From assembly GCA_965231105.1 (NCBI GenBank), contig OZ246417.1, forward strand, positions 229,013 to 293,012: a DNA stretch of 64,000 nucleotides, read 5' to 3'. The DNA is from an uncultured Candidatus Saccharibacteria bacterium. GTDB lineage: Bacteria; Patescibacteriota; Saccharimonadia; Saccharimonadales; JACDBH01. Numbering within the stretch: the stretch's first letter is position 1; each line of letters begins with the position of its first letter. Both the position numbers and the translations under genes were made by a program. Below the pieces are notes generated by a model, which saw nothing but the letters and a program-made list of their open reading frames with translations, had not been told where the DNA came from and searched no databases. Positions 56,446 to 64,000 of this stretch are shown here, in pieces.

Positions 56446-58533
56446 TTACTTTGCGCGCTTTGAAGCGATTGCTTCTGCGACATGATTCGGTACATCAGCG
56501 TAGTGGTCTAGCTCCATGCTTGAACTTGCACGACCCTTAGTGGCGCTACGAAGACTGGTCGTATAGCCAAACATTTCACCTAATGGAACAAACGCAGTAA
56601 TTTCCTTGATCCCAGCTTGGAGGTCTTCCATTGATTCAATACGGCCGCGCTTACTGTTCAAATCACCGATAACATCACCCATGAATTCTTCGGGAGTTAC
56701 GACAACAAGTTTCATGACTGGCTCAAGTAGAACTGGGCTAGCTTTCTTCATAGCATCTTGGAAGCCCATGCTTCCTGCAATCTTAAAGGCCATTTCACTC
56801 GAGTCAACTTCGTGGTAGCTACCATCGTAGAGTTCAACTTTTACATCCACAACGGGATAGCCAGCAACCACACCGGTAGTCATGGCTTCTTTTACGCCTT
56901 CTTCAACGGGTTTGATGTACTCACCAGGAACTACACCACCCTTAATTGAGTTGATGAATTCGAAGCCCTTACCCTGTTCGTTCTGAGAGATACGAAGCCA
57001 GACGTCACCGTACTGACCACGACCACCAGACTGACGAATAAACTTACCTTGTGCTTCAACACCATCCTTACGCACAGTTTCGCGGTAGGCAACCTGCGGT
57101 GCACCAATGTTTGCTTCAACGGCAAACTCGCGCTTCATGCGATCAACAAGAATTTCGAGGTGAAGCTCACCCATACCGCTAATAACGGTCTGGCCGGTTT
57201 CATCATCTACTTTAATGCGGAAGGTTGGATCTTCTTCAGCCAAGCGCTGAAGTGCAATTGACATCTTTTCTTGGTCAGACTTTGTCTTTGGTTCAATAGC
57301 GATCGAGACCGGAGGCTCTGGGAAGGTAATGCTTTCGAGCACGATCGGATTGTTTGGATCAGCCAATGTGTGTCCGGTAGTCGTAGCCTTCAGGCCTACA
57401 ATAGCAGCGATGTCACCAGCACCAACTTCGGTTACATCATCGCGTTTATCAGCATGCAGACGGACAATGCGTCCAACGCGCTCTTTTTCACCTGTAGAGC
57501 TGTTTAAAATATATGAGCCGGCGCTTACTTTACCAGAATACACACGGAAGTATGCAAGCTTACCAACAAATGGATCAGAAGTGATCTTAAAGGCTAATGC
57601 AGCGAATGGTTCGCTTTCAGAGGCCTTACGTTCAATTTCATCACCTGTTTTTGGATGAGTACCCCATGTTGAGCCCTTATCAAGAGGACTTGGGAGGTAA
57701 TCATTAACCATATCAAGCAGTTTTTCAACGATAACACCGCGACCATCACCCCCCGTTACCGCAAAGAATTTACCTGTTAGGACAGCGGTACGGATTGCTT
57801 GCTTGATTTCGTCTTCTGAAAGGCCTTCTTCACCTACTTCAAAGTACTTTTCAAGCATAGCTTCATCTTCAGCTACTGCATTCTCAATAAGTAGGCTGCG
57901 ATAACGCTGTACTTGCTCCATCATGTCAGCAGGAATTTCACCCTCAATCAGCTCGTGATCGGTAAATTCCTTATAGGTGTAAGCCTTCATGGTTACAAGA
58001 TCGACAATACCATTTACGCTTTGTTCAAAGCCGATTGGCAGATGCACGGGGAATGCACGCTTTGAAAGACGATTGTGAATAGATTCGAGAGACTTGTAGA
58101 AGTCGCCACCGGTTTGGTTGATCTTATTGATAAAGCAGATACGAGGCACGCCGTACTTGTCTGCCTGGCGCCACACGGTTTCAGACTGAGACTCAACACC
58201 CATCTTGCCATCAAAGACAACACATGCACCATCAAGCACACGTAAACTACGTTCAACTTCAACAGTAAAGTCGATGTGTCCTGGGGTATCAATAATGTTG
58301 ATCTGGTTACCCTTCCAGAAACAGGTTACAGACGCAGCTACAATCGTAATACCGCGCTCACGTTCCTGGGCCATCCAGTCAGTGGTTGTTTCACCTTCGT
58401 GTACGGCACCAATTTTGTGCTTTAAGCCGGTGCGGTACAGAATACCTTCGGTTGTAGTTGTTTTACCCGCATCAATGTGAGCAATAATGCCCAAGTTGCG
58501 GATATTTTTCATTTCAGTCTTCTTATCTGCCAT
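56446..58533 (-). CDS. fusA: Elongation factor G
   Basis: The 695 aa have AHIDAGKTT and DTPGH motifs and the EF-G domains III-V. Confidence 0.97.
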   Translation of the reverse strand: MADKKTEMKNIRNLGIIAHIDAGKTTTTEGILYRTGLKHKIGAVHEGETTTDWMAQERERGITIVAASVTCFWKGNQINIIDTPGHIDFTVEVERSLRVLDGACVVFDGKMGVESQSETVWRQADKYGVPRICFINKINQTGGDFYKSLESIHNRLSKRAFPVHLPIGFEQSVNGIVDLVTMKAYTYKEFTDHELIEGEIPADMMEQVQRYRSLLIENAVAEDEAMLEKYFEVGEEGLSEDEIKQAIRTAVLTGKFFAVTGGDGRGVIVEKLLDMVNDYLPSPLDKGSTWGTHPKTGDEIERKASESEPFAALAFKITSDPFVGKLAYFRVYSGKVSAGSYILNSSTGEKERVGRIVRLHADKRDDVTEVGAGDIAAIVGLKATTTGHTLADPNNPIVLESITFPEPPVSIAIEPKTKSDQEKMSIALQRLAEEDPTFRIKVDDETGQTVISGMGELHLEILVDRMKREFAVEANIGAPQVAYRETVRKDGVEAQGKFIRQSGGRGQYGDVWLRISQNEQGKGFEFINSIKGGVVPGEYIKPVEEGVKEAMTTGVVAGYPVVDVKVELYDGSYHEVDSSEMAFKIAGSMGFQDAMKKASPVLLEPVMKLVVVTPEEFMGDVIGDLNSKRGRIESMEDLQAGIKEITAFVPLGEMFGYTTSLRSATKGRASSSMELDHYADVPNHVAEAIASKRAK

Positions 58534-58548
58534 GTATGCTCCTTATAC

Positions 58549-58779
58549 TTATCCTAAATTTACCAGAAATCCTGTAATCTGTTGACCTAAACTGTTTTCC
58601 CGTATGCACACGGGTGGTTGGATGCTTCCATCAAAATATTCACAATCACTTCTCTCTGGTGGATTAGGATTGGTTTCTGGACAGTCCTCGCAACTTAAAC
58701 CACTGACATCAATTTCATCAATGGGTTTAACCTGCAAGTCTGTAGCCATGCGTGACTCAACATTTAAAGGACAATTCAT
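58549..58779 (-). CDS. Possible small Cys-rich protein in the rpsG-fusA spacer
   Basis: The ORF is trimmed to the Met after the rpsG stop. It has 6 Cys (CPLN...CEDCPETNPNPPERSDCEYFDGSIQPPVC). It has no clear RBS, and the 260-nt spacer is otherwise unexplained. Confidence 0.25.
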   Translation of the reverse strand: MNCPLNVESRMATDLQVKPIDEIDVSGLSCEDCPETNPNPPERSDCEYFDGSIQPPVCIRENSLGQQITGFLVNLG

Positions 58780-58792
58780 GGCTGTTTGTTTC

Positions 58793-59269
58793 TTATCTCG
58801 CGAAGTGAGCGAAGGCTCGGTTAGATTCGGCCATCTTATGCGCATCTTCACGCTTCTTAACAGCAGTACCGGTGTTGTTGTATGCATCCACTAGTTCAAG
58901 TGCGATGCGATCTTCCATGCTGATACCCTTACGAGAACGGGCAGACTGCACAAACCACATAGTGGTTAAGTGATGCTGACGCTGACCTTTTACTTCAAAA
59001 GGAATCTGGTAGTTGGCACCACCAACACGGCGAGAACGAGTTTCAAGGTGTGGCTTGATGTTGTTTAAAGCCTTTTCAAAAACTTCAAGAGGATTCTCCA
59101 CTTTAAGCTTCTTTGCAGCCTTTTCCATACCTCTATAAACAAGCTTTTCAGCTGTTTGCTTCTTGCCATCAAGCATAACGCGGTTAATAACACGTGTAAC
59201 TTGCGGGCTGTTATAGATGCGATCTGGCTTAACTTCACGTACGAGTGCTCTAGTAACTTTGCGTGGCAT
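58793..59269 (-). CDS. rpsG: 30S ribosomal protein S7
   Basis: A 158-aa S7 family match. Confidence 0.95.
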   Translation of the reverse strand: MPRKVTRALVREVKPDRIYNSPQVTRVINRVMLDGKKQTAEKLVYRGMEKAAKKLKVENPLEVFEKALNNIKPHLETRSRRVGGANYQIPFEVKGQRQHHLTTMWFVQSARSRKGISMEDRIALELVDAYNNTGTAVKKREDAHKMAESNRAFAHFAR

Positions 59270-59271
59270 GA

Positions 59272-59685
59272 TTATTTACCATCTTTCTTCGCACCGTACT
59301 TAGAACGGCCGCGCTTGCGGTTTTGTACACCTTGAAGGTCTAGTGAACCCCGAACGATGTGGTAACGCACACCAGGAAGATCTGGTACACGACCACCACG
59401 AACGAGCACCACAGCGTGTTCTTGAAGGTTATGACCTTCGCCACCAATATATGCCCATACTTCGTAGCCGTTGTTCAAGCGAACACGAGCCACTTTACGA
59501 AGGGCTGAGTTTGGCTTCTTTGGTGTCTTGGTCGTTACTTTGATGCACACACCACGCTTAAATGGTGCAGGCTTTTCATAACTCTTTGTCTTAAGACTGT
59601 TAGTTACGCGTTGCAATGCAGGACTCTTGGTCTTTGCACGCGTGCTGGTACGGCTTTTCCGCACTAACTGATTAATTGTTGGCAA
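59272..59685 (-). CDS. rpsL: 30S ribosomal protein S12
   Basis: A 137-aa S12 family match, with the PNSA/K loop region conserved. Confidence 0.95.
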   Translation of the reverse strand: MPTINQLVRKSRTSTRAKTKSPALQRVTNSLKTKSYEKPAPFKRGVCIKVTTKTPKKPNSALRKVARVRLNNGYEVWAYIGGEGHNLQEHAVVLVRGGRVPDLPGVRYHIVRGSLDLQGVQNRKRGRSKYGAKKDGK

Positions 59686-59823
59686 TGAAAATCTCCTTTA
59701 AAAAGATTTTGCTAGGTTTTAGAACCTAATTATTAATGCAATATCGCGTGGTGTGAGCAGCTTCAGCACGAAACACTCACACCACACTTAAACTCGAACT
59801 GTATTTTAACAGATTGACGATGC

Positions 59824-62800
59824 TTATGCAACCGAAGCGAATGCTTCGACTTCTTCGCCCTCTTCACGCGCACCAGTACCCACGGGGATACGACGACCTA
59901 AAATCACATTTTCTTTAAGACCGTATAGGTTGTCTACTTTACCGCTCGTTGCAGCTCCGATAAGAACACGGGTCGTATCCTGGAAGCTTGCAGCACTCAA
60001 GAATGAGTCGGTTGAAAGGCTTGCCTTGGTAATACCAAGAAGCAGCTGATTGTACTTAACCGGATTCTTCTTAGCCTTGGTAAGCTCTTCGTTGATCAGA
60101 AGCACCTGCTGCTTACTTACAACATCGCCATTAACAAGCTCTGAGTCACCGGCGTCTTCGATCTGAACACGGCCAAACATTTGACGCACAATGATTTCAA
60201 GGTGCTTATCAGCAATGTTCTGACCCTGTGAAGCAAAGATACGGAGAATTTCATTCATGATGTAGCGCTGGGTAGCTTCTACACCCTGAAGACGCATAAG
60301 TTCATGAAGGTTAATAGAACCGTTGGTAAGACGCTGACCAGCAACAATATGATCACCATCTTTAACCGTGAGCTGCTTAAAGCTTGGGATTTCGTAACGA
60401 ACAACTGCTTGCTTGGCAGGGCTAATCGTTGCAGTCTTGTCAGTAAGATCTACCTTACCAGCAATCGGTGCAATAAGTGGGTTTGCGCCACCTTCTTCTT
60501 CGGCAATAACATCGCCGATAGATACATCTGAACCAGTTGCCACCTTAGGCGTACGATCTGCAAGAGTAAGTTTTACCTTTTCTTGCTGATCACTGGTTAC
60601 TTGGACCACATAGTGTTCGCCTTCTTCCCAAGCGTTCACGACACCAGCGACATCGCTGAGGTATGCTTGACCCTTTGGCGCACGGACTTCAAACAACTCT
60701 TCAACACGAGGAAGACCAGTCGTAATGTCCTCACCAGCCACACCACCGGAGTGGAAGGTCTTAAGGGTAAGCTGCGTACCAGGTTCACCGATACTTTGGG
60801 CAGCAATAACACCGACAGGATGCTTTGAAGCAACCAACTTACCAGTAGCAGGATCAATACCGTAGCTCTTGAGCGGAATACCACGAGCGGTAGCAGCACT
60901 TAAAACACTTAAGATTTTCACGCCGTCAAGTTTCTCGTCAGCTTCAATTGCTGCAGCGATTTCTTTAGTAATGAGCTCACCACGCTTTACATGGCCCTTT
61001 ACATCTTCAGCCGCAAAACGGCCAGCAAGACGTGAAGCGTATGAAACACCAATTTCTTCTGCATCTGAGCGGAAAATTGCAAAACCTGGATCTTCTACTT
61101 CATCCTCGATAGTAAAGACATCTTGAGAAACATCAACAAGACGACGAGTAAGGTATCCAGAGTCGGCGGTCTTAAGAGCGGTGTCGATCATACCCTTACG
61201 AGCACCACGGGTAGCGGTAAAGTACTCGAGCGATGTAAGACCAGACTTATAGCCTGACTTAATTGGCAACTCGATTGCCTTACCGGTTGCATCGGTGGTG
61301 ACACCGAGCATACCGACGGCGGTCATAACCTGACCGATGTTACCACGGGCACCAGATACAACCGCAATAGACATTGAGCTGTCTTCATTCAAGAACTGTT
61401 CGTTCAAGGTCTTCTGCACGTTAGACACAACATCCTGCCACGTTTCGACAGTGAGGCGGTAACGTTCGTCATCAGTAATGAAGCCTTGTTCGTACTGGTC
61501 ACTAATTTCAGCCGAACGATCATCACCTTTATCAAGAATCTTATTAAGGTCTTTGATTTCGCTGAAGTCGTTCATACCCATTGAAAGGCCAGAACGAGTT
61601 GCATATTCAAAGCCAAGATCCTTAAGATCATCGGCGATTTCTGCAGTCTTATCTTGACCATAGAGCTGGTATGCAAGTGCCATAACGCCAGAAAGCTTCT
61701 TTTTTGTCATGGCTTCGTCCTGGAATGGGAAGTCTTCAGGGAAGATTTCATTAAACAAGACACGGCCAAGGGTCGTTTCACGGGTTTCACCGCGGAAATT
61801 CAAGCGTACATAGTCTTGCAGTTGCAGTGAACCGTTATCAAAGGCCATCAGCGCTTCATCAAGGCTCGCAAAGTTCTTAGCCTTCTTCTCGTTGCCAGGA
61901 CGTTCGTAGGTAAGGTAGTAACAACCAAGCACGATATCCTGTTCAATATGAAGGATTGGTGAACCATCAGCTGGCTTCAGCAAGTTCTTATTGGCAGCCA
62001 TAATCTCTTTGGCTTCATCCTGAGCAGCATCGCTCAGAGGAAGGTGCACAGCCATCTGGTCACCGTCGAAGTCGGCATTGAAGCCCTTACAGACGAGTGG
62101 GTGAAGCTGAATAGCACGACCTTCGATCAACACGGGTTGGAAAGCCTGGATAGAAAGACGGTGAAGCGATGGAGCACGGTTCAAAAGAACGTACTTGCCC
62201 TTAATTACTTCATCGAGTGCATCCCATACTTCAGTTTCGCCCGTTTCGATCATGCGGGTAGCTGAACGAATGTTATGAGCGTGGTCGTTTGCGATCAGAT
62301 GACCAATAACAAACGGCTTGAAGAGTTCAAGGGCCATCATCTTAGGCAGACCACACTGGTTAATCTTGAGCTCTGGACCAGCAACAATAACTGAACGACC
62401 AGAGTAGTCTACGCGCTTACCAAGAAGGTTTTGGCGGAAACGACCCTGCTTACCTTTGAGAAGGTCAGAAAGGCTCTTCAAACGACGACGCTGGCCGGTT
62501 GCAGCGACAGCACGACCCGATCGGGTTGAGTTATTGTCGATGAGTGCATCAACAGCTTCCTGAAGCATACGCTGCTCATTGCGGCGGATAACTTCTGGGG
62601 CGTTAAGGTCAATCAGCTTCTTAAGACGATTGTTACGGTTAATGACACGACGATAAAGGTCGTTCATATCTGAGGTTGCAAAGCGACCACCGGTTAACTG
62701 CACCATTGGGCGTAGGTCCGGAGGAATTACCGGCAGCACGCTTACACACATACTACTTGGCTTAATGCCTGCGTTATGCATGCTTTCAAGCAAGCGAAGT

Positions 62801-63627
62801 CGCTTCATGATCTTCTTGCGGCGCTGTCCCTTCGCTTCTTCAGCTTCCTTGTTAAGCTCTTCAATAAGTACAGCGAGATCGATTTCTTCAAGCAGATCAC
62901 TTAAAGCTGCACCACCCATACCCACTTCAATAAGCTTACGAAGGTCATCTGGCAAGTTGCGGTAGTCTGTTTCGGAAAGCAAACGAAGCTTCTCGAGACT
63001 CAATAGCTGTTCCTTAACGAGTTCGAAGTCTTGAGTAACTTCTTCGAGTTCCTTAGTTTGCATTTCGGCAAGTGCTTTAACATTGGCACCTTCTTTCGCA
63101 GCTTCAGCCTCATAGCGGGCCTTGATGGCTTCTTGTGCAGCAGCAAACTCAGCTTCTTTGGCAGTGAGAAGTTCATCACGTTTTGCAGTATCAACCTTCT
63201 TAATGACGTAAGACGCAAAGTAGGCAATACGTTCAAGGTTTTTTACGGTCATACCGAGAAGTAAGCCAATCGCACTTGGAGTACCACGAAGGAACCAAAT
63301 GTGGGCAACTGGTGATGCAAGCGTAATGTGCGCCATGCGTTCACGACGGACGATAGAACGAGTAACTAACTCGCCGTTCTTATCGACAGCAGCTTCGCGC
63401 GAGCGAAGACCCTTGTACTTAGCGTCATGGGGGTTAATGTCTTTAACTGGTCCGAAAATTCTTTCGCAGAAAAGACCATCACGTTCCGGCTTCTGAGTAC
63501 GATAGTTAATCGTTTCTGGCTTGGTAACTTCACCGTAGCTCCATTCCAAGATATCTTCTGGAGACGCAACCGCGAGGCGGACAGCGTCAAAATCTGCAAT
63601 GTTGGTTCCGTAGCTAAATTTACGCAT
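59824..63627 (-). CDS. rpoC: DNA-directed RNA polymerase subunit beta'
   Basis: The 1267 aa have the zinc-binding N-terminus, NADFDGDQM catalytic motif and trigger loop/bridge helix regions. Confidence 0.97.
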   Translation of the reverse strand: MRKFSYGTNIADFDAVRLAVASPEDILEWSYGEVTKPETINYRTQKPERDGLFCERIFGPVKDINPHDAKYKGLRSREAAVDKNGELVTRSIVRRERMAHITLASPVAHIWFLRGTPSAIGLLLGMTVKNLERIAYFASYVIKKVDTAKRDELLTAKEAEFAAAQEAIKARYEAEAAKEGANVKALAEMQTKELEEVTQDFELVKEQLLSLEKLRLLSETDYRNLPDDLRKLIEVGMGGAALSDLLEEIDLAVLIEELNKEAEEAKGQRRKKIMKRLRLLESMHNAGIKPSSMCVSVLPVIPPDLRPMVQLTGGRFATSDMNDLYRRVINRNNRLKKLIDLNAPEVIRRNEQRMLQEAVDALIDNNSTRSGRAVAATGQRRRLKSLSDLLKGKQGRFRQNLLGKRVDYSGRSVIVAGPELKINQCGLPKMMALELFKPFVIGHLIANDHAHNIRSATRMIETGETEVWDALDEVIKGKYVLLNRAPSLHRLSIQAFQPVLIEGRAIQLHPLVCKGFNADFDGDQMAVHLPLSDAAQDEAKEIMAANKNLLKPADGSPILHIEQDIVLGCYYLTYERPGNEKKAKNFASLDEALMAFDNGSLQLQDYVRLNFRGETRETTLGRVLFNEIFPEDFPFQDEAMTKKKLSGVMALAYQLYGQDKTAEIADDLKDLGFEYATRSGLSMGMNDFSEIKDLNKILDKGDDRSAEISDQYEQGFITDDERYRLTVETWQDVVSNVQKTLNEQFLNEDSSMSIAVVSGARGNIGQVMTAVGMLGVTTDATGKAIELPIKSGYKSGLTSLEYFTATRGARKGMIDTALKTADSGYLTRRLVDVSQDVFTIEDEVEDPGFAIFRSDAEEIGVSYASRLAGRFAAEDVKGHVKRGELITKEIAAAIEADEKLDGVKILSVLSAATARGIPLKSYGIDPATGKLVASKHPVGVIAAQSIGEPGTQLTLKTFHSGGVAGEDITTGLPRVEELFEVRAPKGQAYLSDVAGVVNAWEEGEHYVVQVTSDQQEKVKLTLADRTPKVATGSDVSIGDVIAEEEGGANPLIAPIAGKVDLTDKTATISPAKQAVVRYEIPSFKQLTVKDGDHIVAGQRLTNGSINLHELMRLQGVEATQRYIMNEILRIFASQGQNIADKHLEIIVRQMFGRVQIEDAGDSELVNGDVVSKQQVLLINEELTKAKKNPVKYNQLLLGITKASLSTDSFLSAASFQDTTRVLIGAATSGKVDNLYGLKENVILGRRIPVGTGAREEGEEVEAFASVA

Positions 63628-64000
63628 TATTTGTCCTCCTCTTCGTTGTCATCTGTGGCAACGTCATCATCGTCCGATCCGGCAAGTACACTCACGCCAT
63701 CCCCATCGATGTCGTCGTTATCACCGACAGTCATGAATTCGTTTTCAATCGTTTCTTCGGTTACATTCTCGCTTGAGTCGCTCAATTCAACAGTTTCAAG
63801 CTCAGGGGCGTGAGCGGCTTCATCCTTGATGTTTTCTGCCAATACTTCTTCGGCATCAATTGTCTTATTGGTATGGAGATCAAGGAGATCAACCTTAAGA
63901 CCGAGTCCCTGCAGTTCCTTCACAAGCACGTTGAAGCTTTCGGGAACCTTAGGTCCAACAATTTCAGTACCCTTAATGATCGATTCATAAGCCTTAGAAC
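63627..64000 (-). CDS. rpoB: DNA-directed RNA polymerase subunit beta (C-terminal fragment; gene continues beyond the window)
   Basis: The C-terminal ...[15 protein letters not shown] matches the rpoB C-terminus. It has an acidic tail and its stop overlaps the rpoC start. Confidence 0.85.
   Translation of the reverse strand, partial: SKAYESIIKGTEIVGPKVPESFNVLVKELQGLGLKVDLLDLHTNKTIDAEEVLAENIKDEAAHAPELETVELSDSSENVTEETIENEFMTVGDNDDIDGDGVSVLAGSDDDDVATDDNEEEDK

Noticed and set aside
58780-58887. 5' part of the ORF 58549..58887 overlapping the rpsG 3' end.
   Set aside because: It overlaps rpsG in another frame. Only the portion after the rpsG stop is kept, as a low-confidence call.
59738-59775. 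8-bp inverted repeat GGTGTGAG...CTCACACC downstream of rpoC.
   Set aside because: It has no adjacent U-tract on the minus strand, so it is not a convincing intrinsic terminator. It may be part of the rpsL promoter/operator region instead.

Overview
The window looks like a contiguous piece of a small, streamlined bacterial genome, probably a Patescibacteria/CPR-like (Saccharibacteria-like) lineage. That lineage call is an inference from gene content: L30 is absent between rpsE and rplO, adk and map are absent between secY and infA, L1/L23/L17/SecE carry long extensions, and the oxidative pentose-phosphate trio is present.

About two-thirds of the window is one of the most conserved gene neighbourhoods in bacteria, almost entirely on the minus strand: rpoB(partial)-rpoC-rpsL-rpsG-fusA-tuf-rpsJ-[S10/spc/alpha cluster rplC through rplQ]-rpsI, plus secE-nusG-rplK-rplA-rplJ-rplL. 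Also present are dnaX-dnaB-ybaB, trpS, holB, an RluA-family pseudouridine synthase, a DinB-type Y-family polymerase, pgl-gnd-zwf, rpmG and four tRNAs (Trp, Thr-GGT, Tyr, Thr-TGT). I found no rRNA, CRISPR array, integrase or transposase.

The conserved cluster is interrupted several times by lineage-specific inserts:
- About 5.4 kb sits between rpsJ and rplC. It holds an AT-rich 4-gene cassette: an NDT/SLOG-like protein with a ribbon-helix-helix (RHH) tail, a Cys-rich unknown, a guanylate-kinase-like protein with an aberrant GKDT P-loop, and a CYTH triphosphatase. Next to it is an operon for a secreted DUF1996-like protein.
- About 5 kb sits between rplA and rplJ. It holds a dCTP deaminase plus a fused thymidylate kinase with tandem ThyX-like domains, and three tandem ~82-aa genes preceded by an attenuator-like pseudoknot/terminator leader.
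- A translationally coupled operon of two paralogous ~100-aa W-rich proteins plus a small basic protein sits beside dinB.
- Single unknown genes are wedged into the nusG-rplK, rplK-rplA, fusA-tuf and tuf-rpsJ junctions.

All calls come from reading the supplied translations and sequence by eye. No database searches were run.
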